The notes below the pieces were generated by a model that saw only the letters and a program-made list of their open reading frames with translations, was not told the DNA's origin and made no database searches. A program made the translations under genes and the position numbers. Shown piece after piece: positions 1 through 8,774 of a stretch of 60,533 nt of DNA (the stretch's first letter is position 1; each line of letters starts with the position of its first letter). The stretch covers positions 1-60,533 of the IMG/VR virus record IMGVR_UViG_3300048625_000009. One strand, 5' to 3'. The DNA comes from a virus. Lineage: Duplodnaviria; Caudoviricetes.

Positions 1-280
1 CTGCTGTAATATCATTACGTACCATCACTGGAGTAAGGTACTCTACTTGATAACCGTTACGAACAGCAAACTCTTCAACGTATGATACTAGACCGACATA
101 CAATGTCTTTCTAATCTGGTCATACATGCGCACTTTACCATCCCACAACCGCGCTCTGTATTGTGGAGTGAACTTAGCGCCTGGATATTCGTAGGTAAAG
201 AAGTCTGCCAGTTCTTGTTCGATGCTGGCATCAGAAAAGACTCTTACATAAACTTCATCAAGTTTCTCAATTTTAATCAT
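1..280 (-). CDS. uvsW: UvsW DNA helicase, N-terminal part (runs off window edge)
   Basis: Manual translation from ATG at 280: MIKIEKLDEVYVRVFSDASIEQELADFFTYEYPGAKFTPQYRARLWDGKVRMYD; the F-x-P-x-Y...WDGK motif matches the UvsW N-terminus; lies downstream of uvsY. Confidence 0.9.
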   Translation of the reverse strand, partial: MIKIEKLDEVYVRVFSDASIEQELADFFTYEYPGAKFTPQYRARLWDGKVRMYDQIRKTLYVGLVSYVEEFAVRNGYQVEYLTPVMVRNDITA

Positions 281-896
281 TAGTATATTGATTGTAGTGA
301 TAACCCTTTTCTTTACGAGTTTGGGATATCTTATCATTCCTCAGTTTATATGTATATTCTTTAAGTTGTTCAGGAGTGTCAAATGACATACCAGAAGCAA
401 CCAATTCTTTGTATTTATAATAGTGTGAAGTAGACCAGTTCAACTGTCTCATAGCTTCTTTAGCTGATGGATATGTTTTTCCAAACAAGGTCACTTCAAT
501 TGCATTAGATGTGACTTTACCACGCAATTTAGCTGCCTGTTTAATAGAACCTTGTTTCTGTTTTTCTGTTCTATTGTCTCCAGTTAGCTTTGCTTTAGGC
601 GAAACCTTACCCTTTCTCGATGGTGGAATATTACCACCTTTAGCTATATTCCAACCAATATTCTCCTCTGGTCGATGTAACCACTCAAGATTCTCTGCCT
701 CAACTTTAGTTAAACTGTCATAGAGGATTGTAGCAATAGCACCAGAATCTATGCGGTTCTTAATGTGTGCGTATTTGGTATACTTGGAGTGGGTCTGGAT
801 ACGTTTGCTGAAATCGCTAGTGATTCCTACATATCCTTCTAACATTGGATCTTTTTGGTCTGGATAGTGGATCCAGTATAAGCAGTATTTAGTCAT
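273..896 (-). CDS. Free-standing GIY-YIG-family (Seg-like) homing endonuclease; ORF track start is 932, likely true start 896 (MTKYCLYW)
   Basis: LYWIH...GYVGITSDFSKRIQTH...E...GWN resembles the GIY-YIG catalytic module, followed by a basic NUMOD-like DNA-binding tail; inserted between uvsY and uvsW. Confidence 0.75.
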   Translation of the reverse strand: MTKYCLYWIHYPDQKDPMLEGYVGITSDFSKRIQTHSKYTKYAHIKNRIDSGAIATILYDSLTKVEAENLEWLHRPEENIGWNIAKGGNIPPSRKGKVSPKAKLTGDNRTEKQKQGSIKQAAKLRGKVTSNAIEVTLFGKTYPSAKEAMRQLNWSTSHYYKYKELVASGMSFDTPEQLKEYTYKLRNDKISQTRKEKGYHYNQYTND

Positions 897-901
897 ACTC
901 T

Positions 902-908
902 TATTTAG
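902..908 (-). promoter_or_regulatory. T4-type late promoter core (CTAAATA) for the endonuclease gene
   Basis: Same CCTAAATA context as the promoters at 1936, 17245 and 43387; lies just before ATG 896. Confidence 0.55.
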
Positions 909-928
909 GAAACTGCGATTTTTATCTG

Positions 929-1366
929 TCACATACCAGCAAGAAACTTTTTCCAGTCTATAGCTGCACGTATTTGCCAGTCTCTAGCTTTAATTTGTCC
1001 AAGGATGGACTCCAAAAAGTATATCATTGTTTCAAGATAATCAATCTTGACTTTCATTGTATTTAGATCACTGTCGCCTGTTAAGAATTCATCCATCTCA
1101 TTCTTGAGTGGTTTGACTCCTTGCCACTGTGGCCAATCAAGCGCAGTCAACTCTTCACGAGAGAGTTCTCCGCGATAGTATCTGAATTTGTTTTTGCGTA
1201 GGATGTTGTAGTCAGAACTGAACTTGGTATGTTTCAGTTTTACATTGACCAGAATTTTGATATACTTAGCGTGTAGCTTTGGGGTCGCGGTGGTAGTCTC
1301 ACCGAGGTAGTTGTTGTCGATCTCACAATCGACATCCCACATTTCTTGTAGTTGCTCAATGTTCAT
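929..1366 (-). CDS. uvsY: UvsY recombination mediator
   Basis: PKLHAKY...YYRGEL...IKARDWQIRAAIDWKKFLAG C-terminal motif; size and position typical. Confidence 0.9.
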   Translation of the reverse strand: MNIEQLQEMWDVDCEIDNNYLGETTTATPKLHAKYIKILVNVKLKHTKFSSDYNILRKNKFRYYRGELSREELTALDWPQWQGVKPLKNEMDEFLTGDSDLNTMKVKIDYLETMIYFLESILGQIKARDWQIRAAIDWKKFLAGM

Positions 1367-1411
1367 AATAACTCCATGTTAAAATAGTTCATCTCTGAAC
1401 TAGAACTCAAA

Positions 1412-1930
1412 TTATAAAATCTTAAACCATCCAAATTTAAATGTAACAGAAGCAACTACGTAGTTGACATCGTCATTTGTTGAGGCAAACGTCATTGAAT
1501 CAATAGTCGTTGGAAACACGTCATAGAACTGCATCGTCTGGATAGCTTGGTTGTTACTATCTAGGATCTGAAGTGTAGCATCAGAATAGTTCTTTGATAG
1601 ATCGCTATATGCAATAGTGTCAGTAGCAGCACCATTGATATACTGTTGATAACTCTCTGGGAATCCAAGAGCAACAATCCAGTTATACAGCGTTTTATAG
1701 TTTGTCATATTCTCATCAACCAAAAACTGCACTGTCAGTGGATCGTATTGTAACGTATCACCTGGAACTGGCTGTGTAGAGAATGGTGTAGAAAACGCTG
1801 GCTCTCCAAGGTTAATCCCTGGAAGATTTACCTGCTGGCAATGAAATGTAACATCAGGCAGCTTTGTGATGCTGAACTGAAACCCATTGGGTGACAGAGG
1901 ATTTAAATTGGAAGGAATAGATGTAGCCAT
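1412..1930 (-). CDS. gp3: Tail completion / tube terminator protein gp3
   Basis: NPLSPNGFQFSITKLPDVTFHCQQVNLPGI...FLVDENMTNY motif; located after gp23 as in many non-coliphage T4-likes. Confidence 0.85.
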   Translation of the reverse strand: MATSIPSNLNPLSPNGFQFSITKLPDVTFHCQQVNLPGINLGEPAFSTPFSTQPVPGDTLQYDPLTVQFLVDENMTNYKTLYNWIVALGFPESYQQYINGAATDTIAYSDLSKNYSDATLQILDSNNQAIQTMQFYDVFPTTIDSMTFASTNDDVNYVVASVTFKFGWFKIL

Positions 1931-1935
1931 GTTAT

Positions 1936-1942
1936 TATTTAG
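1936..1942 (-). promoter_or_regulatory. Late promoter core CTAAATA upstream of gp3
   Basis: tatttag on + strand, intergenic, just after the gp23 terminator. Confidence 0.6.
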
Positions 1943-1948
1943 GAAATG

Positions 1949-1973
1949 AAAAAAGGGAGCCGAAGCTCCCTTT
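1949..1973 (-). terminator. Intrinsic terminator after gp23 (cUUCGg tetraloop)
   Basis: Minus strand AAAGGGAGC-TTCG-GCTCCCTTTTTT; perfect stem, UUCG loop and U-tract. Confidence 0.9.
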
Positions 1974-2006
1974 GAAATACCTATCTTACGTAGGTTTCTT
2001 AACCTA

Positions 2007-3326
2007 TTACAGAAGGTTAGTAACTTTAACCTTACGGTAGTAGTAGTTTGCGTTCGCAGTCAAGTTGTCTTGACCAGAAGTGCCGTCATCCAAGTTAACG
2101 AATGGGTTAGCAACTAGACCGTAACGAGTCTTGAAACCAATCTTTGGTTGGAAGCTATTTGGATCAACAGCGCGAACCATTTGCAATGGAACGTATGGGC
2201 AGTAGAACAAACCAGCGTCAAAAGCAGAAGCGCCTTTGTAGCCAACAACGAAGAATTGGCTGTTAGAAACGTTAGAAGTGTATGGGTCAACATAAACTTT
2301 GTACTTACCGTTTAGAACACCAGCGAAAGTAGTAGAAGTGTCATCTACAGTCAATGCGTTCTTACCAGTGATACCAGATTGGTAATCAAGAACACCAGCC
2401 ATCGCTAGAGCAGACGCAACGTCAGCAGAAGTGATGATGATGTTACCACGTCCACGACGTGTTTGTTGACCGATAGCGTTGGCTTCACGTTCGATTTGGA
2501 ACATTAGACCTTTGAACTTTTCAACAGACCAACGACCGTTAGAGTCAACGTCCAAGTCGAAAGTACCAGCAGTAGCAGTACCAACAGCAGCACCAACTTT
2601 AGATGTGTTGTAGATTGTACGGATAACTTCGCGGTTGATTTCAGCCAAGATTTCAGTAGAAAGGATGTTGCTCAATTCGCCTTCAGCGTCAAGACCATGA
2701 ACAGACTTCAAGTCTTGAGCCAATTCGATAGAGTACTCAGCCTTCAAAGCACGAGTCTTAGCAACAACAGATGCCTTCTCGATAGAGAATGCCATTTGTG
2801 CGAAAGAACCGTCACCAGAACCGCCTTGACCTAAACGCTCAGCAGCCACAGTAGAGATACCACGACCAACTGCATCAGCACCGCCTAGAGCAGAACCAGC
2901 AGAAGCGTCAGTACCGTCACCAGTGAAACCAGAGTTTACTTCATTGAACAATGCTTCAGTACCGTTTTGAGTAGTGTAGCGAGACTTCATTGCGAAGATC
3001 AAACCAGTTGGTTGAGTCATTGGTTGAACACCAGCAACGTCATAAGCGATCAATTGTGGCATCGCACGGCGAACCAAAGAGATCAATACTGGATCGAAAC
3101 CAGCAACACCACCAGTAGCACCGCCACCAACAGTACCGATTTGGCCACCAGTGCCGTTAGTTGGAGAACCTTCGAACAATGCTTCAGCTTGCTTTTGCAT
3201 TTCGCGTTCTTGGTTTTCCAATAGAACAGCAGTAACTTCCTTACGGTAGTTGTCCTTGAATGGCACAGAACCTTCATGGTTCAATACTGGTGCCCATTTT
3301 TCCATTAATTGTTGACGTGTTGTCAT
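2007..3326 (-). CDS. gp23: Major capsid protein gp23
   Basis: FDPVLISLVRRAMPQLIAYDVAGVQPMTQPTGLIFA, AKTRALKAEYSIELAQDLK and FQPKIGFKTRYG are hallmark gp23 motifs. Confidence 0.98.
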   Translation of the reverse strand: MTTRQQLMEKWAPVLNHEGSVPFKDNYRKEVTAVLLENQEREMQKQAEALFEGSPTNGTGGQIGTVGGGATGGVAGFDPVLISLVRRAMPQLIAYDVAGVQPMTQPTGLIFAMKSRYTTQNGTEALFNEVNSGFTGDGTDASAGSALGGADAVGRGISTVAAERLGQGGSGDGSFAQMAFSIEKASVVAKTRALKAEYSIELAQDLKSVHGLDAEGELSNILSTEILAEINREVIRTIYNTSKVGAAVGTATAGTFDLDVDSNGRWSVEKFKGLMFQIEREANAIGQQTRRGRGNIIITSADVASALAMAGVLDYQSGITGKNALTVDDTSTTFAGVLNGKYKVYVDPYTSNVSNSQFFVVGYKGASAFDAGLFYCPYVPLQMVRAVDPNSFQPKIGFKTRYGLVANPFVNLDDGTSGQDNLTANANYYYRKVKVTNLL

Positions 3327-3343
3327 TTTTATTTTCCTTAGAT

Positions 3344-4372
3344 TTATTTGTTGAGAACTGACAAGTAAGCAGACATTGCTGGATCCATTGCTTTAACAGC
3401 GACAGTTTCAGACAACATTTCTACTGGTGCATCAGTAACTACAGATTGCTCTGCGATTGTTTTAGTAGTGAAGTAGTTTTCACGAATAGTCTTTAGCTTT
3501 TGTTCAAAAGACGCTACATCTTCAAAAGATAATTCTTCAACCAAGCCCAAGAATTTCTCAGTCTCAGTATCAGTCAAACCTTCAGAGATAGACTTAACCA
3601 ACTCAGCTTGCTTGGCTTCTGTTAGGCTCTTAGTGAGATTAACGTTAGCTTCTACTTGCTCATTCAATTTTGCTTCGAGTTCAGCAACAGTGTTTTCCAT
3701 TTCACCAAGAACGTCGTAACGCTCTTCTGGAATTTCAACATAGTGCTCTTCGAATAGGTCTTTCATACCAAGGATAAAACTCTCCATGATTTCAGACTTC
3801 ATACCACGCTCAAGGGCGATTTCATTCTGTGCAATCCACTGCTCGGCAATATAACCGAGGTATCCATCAACTTGTTCAACAATTCCCTGTGTATTCTGCT
3901 CAACTTGCTCAGCAAGTTTAGCTTCGAATTCTTCTTCGATACGTGCAATTTCTTCATTAACACGTGTCATGACAGCAGCTTCGAAAATAGTAGTAGCTTT
4001 AGTTCTGAAGTCTTCAGAAAGCTCTTCACCATTCATAAGTGCGTCGATATCTTCTTGTACACCTTTAACTGCATTACCCTTACGGATAGGAGTTTGGTCA
4101 CCAGCATGTGCCTTAGCAGTAACTACGTTTGGCTTCTTAGATGTAGCATCAGCTGCATCATCTTCATTGTCAACGTTGTTACGAGCATGATCTGGGTTTG
4201 GTGTTTCACCACCGTTTGGCACATTTAACTTTGCGTCGCGGATTGGTGTTTGATCGCCAGAGTGTGCGCCACCAGTAGTAGAATCACTACCACCTTCTGC
4301 GCCTGCAAACTTAGCTTCATTTAATTTTTTAGACTCTGCCAAGATAGTGGCAATTTTTTGTTCGATTGACAT
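3344..4372 (-). CDS. gp22: Prohead core scaffold protein gp22
   Basis: Acidic coiled coil, LSEDFRTKATTIFEAAV...VDGYLGYIAEQW; lies between gp21 and gp23. Confidence 0.93.
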   Translation of the reverse strand: MSIEQKIATILAESKKLNEAKFAGAEGGSDSTTGGAHSGDQTPIRDAKLNVPNGGETPNPDHARNNVDNEDDAADATSKKPNVVTAKAHAGDQTPIRKGNAVKGVQEDIDALMNGEELSEDFRTKATTIFEAAVMTRVNEEIARIEEEFEAKLAEQVEQNTQGIVEQVDGYLGYIAEQWIAQNEIALERGMKSEIMESFILGMKDLFEEHYVEIPEERYDVLGEMENTVAELEAKLNEQVEANVNLTKSLTEAKQAELVKSISEGLTDTETEKFLGLVEELSFEDVASFEQKLKTIRENYFTTKTIAEQSVVTDAPVEMLSETVAVKAMDPAMSAYLSVLNK

Positions 4373-4401
4373 CGTTTTCTCCTGTAACTGGATAGTTCTG
4401 T

Positions 4402-4418
4402 TATTTATTTATTATTTA
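4402..4418 (-). promoter_or_regulatory. Late promoter(s) upstream of gp22 (tandem TAAATA)
   Basis: ttatttatttattattta on + strand contains three TAAATA cores on the minus strand. Confidence 0.55.
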
Positions 4419-5069
4419 TCTGATTTTACTCAGAAAGTGTTGGAAAGCCTGAATCTTTGCTTCCTCTAGATTTCTAGAAGAAGTTTTCTTTACGAAAGAT
4501 CTTACCTCTTCGATATGTTGTTCCACAAACTTTCCATCAACAAAAATCCATTCTTTGTTCTCCATGATACCACGAACAAACGCATCTGGTGCAGATGGGT
4601 CAGCTACGATATCAGCAGCAGTAGATAACATAAAGTCATCCTGAACAATATTGATTCCCTCATTACTCATCTTGAGAGAACCCATGGCTCTTGAAGAAAC
4701 ACCAAGGTTTGCGCCACCATCTAGAAGACCTCTAGCAATCTGACCCATTGGAGTTTCTAAAATCTTTGCTTTACCGATCCAGTTAGTACCTTCTTTACGT
4801 AGGTCAACGATCAGGTGAGATACACGATCCAAGTTAATGGATGGAGTATCTGGGTGTCCAAGTTCACCGTAAGCACGATTAGCTTGAACAGATTCTTTAA
4901 GGTAACGACCAACTTCACGATCCATTGTATGCTCTGGATACATACGACCGTTACGATTTTTTAATTGTGACTGAAGAAAGATACCTTCGATAAAGTATTG
5001 CTTACCTTTACCTAATTTTTCTTCAACAATAAGTTTAGTCTCTTCGACTGTTTCTCTAATTAGTTTCAT
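4416..5069 (-). CDS. gp21: Prohead protease gp21
   Basis: IEGIFLQ...NRNGRMYP, GELGHP, LGVSSRAMGSL and DIVADPSAPDA motifs. Confidence 0.97.
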   Translation of the reverse strand: MKLIRETVEETKLIVEEKLGKGKQYFIEGIFLQSQLKNRNGRMYPEHTMDREVGRYLKESVQANRAYGELGHPDTPSINLDRVSHLIVDLRKEGTNWIGKAKILETPMGQIARGLLDGGANLGVSSRAMGSLKMSNEGINIVQDDFMLSTAADIVADPSAPDAFVRGIMENKEWIFVDGKFVEQHIEEVRSFVKKTSSRNLEEAKIQAFQHFLSKIR

Positions 5070-5070
5070 G

Positions 5071-5535
5071 TTAGACCTTATCTGGAGAACCGCTTAGAGT
5101 AGTAGAAGCACCAACACGGGTTTCATCATCGTAGGCACCATAAGTAGCAGTCTCAACTTTAGTAGACCAGCCAGCGATTTTACGTAGAACCAAATAACCA
5201 GTAACTGGTTTTGCTACATCGTTTGTTACAACAATGTCTGATGTGTTGTTAGTTCCATCAGAAATACCGATAGAGTTTAGATCTAACATTGGCGCGTTTT
5301 CTGGGGCGCAGGCAATAACATTTTTGCTATTACGCACAATACGCAAACCAGAACCTAACTCACCAGTAGAAACAAACTTAACAATATTAACTGTTGGAGT
5401 GCCACCAGATGTTAATTCTTGAGTAGCAGCACCTAGTGTATTAAGAGCTAGTGTACCAGACTCAGCAGCAACTGTGTCAAAGTGCACAATAACTTCTTGG
5501 TTAGTATTCTTAACTGTTGTGAAAATTACAGCCAT
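5071..5535 (-). CDS. Hypothetical head-region protein
   Basis: Clean ORF with RBS, tightly packed in the head operon, structural-type composition. Confidence 0.7.
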   Translation of the reverse strand: MAVIFTTVKNTNQEVIVHFDTVAAESGTLALNTLGAATQELTSGGTPTVNIVKFVSTGELGSGLRIVRNSKNVIACAPENAPMLDLNSIGISDGTNNTSDIVVTNDVAKPVTGYLVLRKIAGWSTKVETATYGAYDDETRVGASTTLSGSPDKV

Positions 5536-5537
5536 CT

Positions 5538-6080
5538 TTATTCCTCTATTTGTTCAAGCACAGATAGAAAGTTCTCTTTGGACTCTCTCATGTACTCAAT
5601 AATCTCTGTTTGATTACCTAATAAGTTATTTAGGCGCTCTTGCGTTTGCTCACTAATTGCTACAATGCTTTCATCAGCGAGCACATAATGCAGTTTACCT
5701 TCAACAATTCTATCAAGTTTATTTAGAGCACGAATGTCTTGAACAACTGGATCAACACTAAACATATTGGAAGAAGCAAGTTGAATATATGTTTCGATTA
5801 ACGTATCTGTGACTTTAACATCGTGGTATTCTTTGATGATACTTGCGACTTTAGCGTCTGATATTTCTTCGTATAGTTCTTTAGAGACTTGTTCTTCGAT
5901 TTTCTGTGCGGCGTATTCTTGTTTGATGTATTGTCTTGCTTCTTCCAGAGACTTGAAATCTGTGGATTCGCCATCAACCATTACTTGGTCATTGGCCATC
6001 TCAATTAAGTGACCATAAGAACGGATGCTGATAGCATCTTCTGTTCTTAGCTGTTTGGCGAATTCGTAGTAACGCATCAC
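5538..6080 (-). CDS. Hypothetical head-region protein
   Basis: Translationally coupled ORF in the head operon. Confidence 0.65.
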   Translation of the reverse strand: MMRYYEFAKQLRTEDAISIRSYGHLIEMANDQVMVDGESTDFKSLEEARQYIKQEYAAQKIEEQVSKELYEEISDAKVASIIKEYHDVKVTDTLIETYIQLASSNMFSVDPVVQDIRALNKLDRIVEGKLHYVLADESIVAISEQTQERLNNLLGNQTEIIEYMRESKENFLSVLEQIEE

Positions 6081-6538
6081 ATCTCGTTTTCGTGATCGTT
6101 TTTGTCGCTTGCTTTTTGTTTAGCAGCTGCTGCATTACCGCCACGGCTCTTAATAATCTTAGCAGTCTTAACTATCGCCTTCTTACCTTGAGCTTCTTGT
6201 TTACGGGTGCCATCGTAACGTGTAGCGACAGACTTAGTGAAATTTTTATTCATACGAGTTTGTAAACCCGCATTAGTTGAATTTGATGCTTCAATTAAAT
6301 TGAATTCAGATTGTTCTTCCTCAGAAAGAGAATCCCATTCTTCTTGCGTGAATTCAACTGATTCTTCAACATTCAGTTCTGGCTCTACTGCATTGAACAT
6401 ATTCTGTGCTACTTGTACACGAAGGTCATCGAGTTTAGCAGAGATCTTTTCTGCCATTGCAGACTGAAACGCAGACTCTGTTGCCATTGCGTCTTTTTGT
6501 AACATTGCTGTTACTAGTTGTTTTACTGATTCATTCAT
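6077..6538 (-). CDS. Prohead core protein (gp67/gp68-like position); true start MNESVKQL at 6538, not 6832
   Basis: AGGA RBS before ATG right after the gp20 stop; AFQSAMAEKISAKLDDLRVQVAQNMF plus acidic and basic segments. Confidence 0.65.
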   Translation of the reverse strand: MNESVKQLVTAMLQKDAMATESAFQSAMAEKISAKLDDLRVQVAQNMFNAVEPELNVEESVEFTQEEWDSLSEEEQSEFNLIEASNSTNAGLQTRMNKNFTKSVATRYDGTRKQEAQGKKAIVKTAKIIKSRGGNAAAAKQKASDKNDHENEM

Positions 6539-6539
6539 T

Positions 6540-8132
6540 TTATTTTCCTTTAGATTTGTCTTCTGGTTCAGGAGGTTGGTTATCGTCCATTTGCGGGGCG
6601 TTGTAAGCCATATAGTTATCAGAAGCAGCTTGTCCAACTGCAGCCAATGTACCATCAAACTGCGCATTCGCCATATGATAATCTTCTTCAGAGTCCATTT
6701 CTTTCTGCATCTCTTCGATGAGTTCTTCATCTTGGAACAGAACGTTCTCTTTGATCCACTGCATAGAGTAGAACTTACCAATGTACGGTTCGATTTGTTG
6801 TAGAGCACCAAGACGAGCCATAAGGATTTCATTATCCTTTAGTTCAGCATAGTGGTTATCTTCAACGAAATCATAACGGATGTCTTGTTTTAAATCATCC
6901 CACTCATCGGCGCGCATAATATTCTTAGAGATAAGTTGGACACCCAACGCATCAGTAAAGAAGTTAGCGAAACGTTTACGTAAACGAGCAACAAACTTAT
7001 GGAACTTAATTTCATCACGAGAGATTTCAGTGGCACGACCAATTGAGAAACCTTGTTGTTCTTGCATACGACCAACAGGTACGTTTAATGCATGGAACAA
7101 TTTGTTCTGGAAGTATTCGATATCTTGGATGTCACCAAGATTCTGACCACCTGGAAGTGTAGTAATCTCAGTACCCTTACCACCCTCGCGGCGTGGCATC
7201 CAAAAGTCTTCCATCATTGACATATGTTTGCGGTCATCACGAACTTCACCAGTAGTAGCATCGTAAACGATCTTATTACGGAACTTGTTCATAATGTCAG
7301 TTACATACTGTTCGGCTTTAACCTTAGGTAAGTTACCAACGTCAATGTAGAAAATTCTACGTTCAGGGGCACGACTAATACGATAGATGACCATTGAGTC
7401 TTCGATCATCTTTAGTTGGTTTACTGGTTTGATGGCTTTGTGTAAGTATGACAACATCATACTTGTATTAGCATCTAAGAAACCAGATGGAACATAAACA
7501 ACTGAGTCTAGGGAGAGTTTAACACCCTGTGTTGTTTGCTCCGTAATTCCTTTGTCATTGAACAGGTAGTATTCTTCAATCTGTTTAATAACTTCAACAC
7601 CCTTTGGTGTTCTTTCTTTGATTACGTTCTTGATACGACGAATTTTACGTGGATCAATATAACGTAGTTCTGCAATACCATTCTTAGGATTCTTTTCATC
7701 CAAAAGGATCTGGTAGTACAAACGACCGTCAACATACCATGTACGGAAAATGTCATGGCCACGGTCATCTAGTTTGATAAGTTTCAATACATTATTGAAC
7801 TCATCGCGCATCTTTTTCTTGATAGATTCAGAGATGCTAACATCATCTAAATTGATGTTTACAGACTTACCTTTTTCATCAACGATAATTGCTTCGTTTA
7901 CGATATCTTCAATAGCTGAATCACAATCGCTGTACTGAGCAACTTCACGATAACGACGGAGAAGGTCATTCTCATTCTTAATGACCCCATCCAAATCCAT
8001 AACCATACCGTAGTACCCACCAGCATTAATACCAGTGTTTACTACGGTGGCACCGTCCTGTGCCGTTGGGGAGACCACGCTCCCTATTGGCAACTCTTTT
8101 TTACGGCTTATTTCAAATCCAAATAATTGCAT
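6540..8132 (-). CDS. gp20: Portal vertex protein gp20
   Basis: WYVDGRLYY, IYRISRAPERRIFYIDVGNLPK and EDFWMPRREGGKGTEITTLPGG motifs. Confidence 0.98.
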   Translation of the reverse strand: MQLFGFEISRKKELPIGSVVSPTAQDGATVVNTGINAGGYYGMVMDLDGVIKNENDLLRRYREVAQYSDCDSAIEDIVNEAIIVDEKGKSVNINLDDVSISESIKKKMRDEFNNVLKLIKLDDRGHDIFRTWYVDGRLYYQILLDEKNPKNGIAELRYIDPRKIRRIKNVIKERTPKGVEVIKQIEEYYLFNDKGITEQTTQGVKLSLDSVVYVPSGFLDANTSMMLSYLHKAIKPVNQLKMIEDSMVIYRISRAPERRIFYIDVGNLPKVKAEQYVTDIMNKFRNKIVYDATTGEVRDDRKHMSMMEDFWMPRREGGKGTEITTLPGGQNLGDIQDIEYFQNKLFHALNVPVGRMQEQQGFSIGRATEISRDEIKFHKFVARLRKRFANFFTDALGVQLISKNIMRADEWDDLKQDIRYDFVEDNHYAELKDNEILMARLGALQQIEPYIGKFYSMQWIKENVLFQDEELIEEMQKEMDSEEDYHMANAQFDGTLAAVGQAASDNYMAYNAPQMDDNQPPEPEDKSKGK

Positions 8133-8150
8133 TATATAACCTTCAGTTTA

Positions 8151-8738
8151 TTATAGAGGGATAGAACCAACTGGAGTATCAACGCTAACGTTAACACCGA
8201 AGCCAGAAGAAGCACCAGTACCAGAAGTGAAGAAGTTGTATGTGAATTCCACATCAAACTGTTCAATTGCGTTCTGTTGTTCGTAGTCTAAACCGATAGC
8301 ACCGATAGATGTTGGGAAAGCATCAAAGAACTTATAAGTCTTGATGATAGCGCCAGAGCGATCTAATTGGTGAATAGACAAGTCAACTTGATAGTCAGAA
8401 GGATTGACCTTACCATTAGTAGTGTCGTAGTTCTGGATACCAGATTGCCATTGTTCCAATGCGTTACGGATACCAAAAGTAGTATCGTTATAGATTGTTA
8501 CAGACCATGGTTGGAATGTACGTTCACCAGCAAAGTTAACTGGGCGTCCTTTAAACAAGACTGGAATAGTCTCGATAGTTGACGCTGGTAACTGAGCAGC
8601 TTTACACAAGAACTGTGCACGTTGTCCAGCTACCGCACCCAATGTAACGAAGGATGGGAATGTTAGTTCGGCACGGAATTGGTTAGGACGAGCGCCCCCG
8701 CCAATCATCTGTGACTTAAAATCAGCAATATTTGCCAT
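8151..8738 (-). CDS. gp19: Tail tube protein gp19
   Basis: GGARPNQF...FLCKAAQLPAS...AGERTFQPWSVTIYND motifs. Confidence 0.95.
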   Translation of the reverse strand: MANIADFKSQMIGGGARPNQFRAELTFPSFVTLGAVAGQRAQFLCKAAQLPASTIETIPVLFKGRPVNFAGERTFQPWSVTIYNDTTFGIRNALEQWQSGIQNYDTTNGKVNPSDYQVDLSIHQLDRSGAIIKTYKFFDAFPTSIGAIGLDYEQQNAIEQFDVEFTYNFFTSGTGASSGFGVNVSVDTPVGSIPL

Positions 8739-8760
8739 TTTGTATCTCCTTATTCTTTCT

Positions 8761-8767
8761 TATTTAT
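8761..8767 (-). promoter_or_regulatory. Late promoter core ATAAATA upstream of gp19
   Basis: Intergenic tatttat followed (minus sense) by AAGGAG RBS. Confidence 0.55.
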
Positions 8768-8774
8768 TCTCTAA

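Noticed and set aside
273-932. Possible group I intron around the endonuclease
   Set aside because: uvsY and the uvsW start look intact, and there is no non-coding space for a ribozyme core.
6539-6832. N-terminal 98 aa of the 251-aa ORF
   Set aside because: Overlaps gp20 in another frame; the RBS and composition point to a start at 6538.
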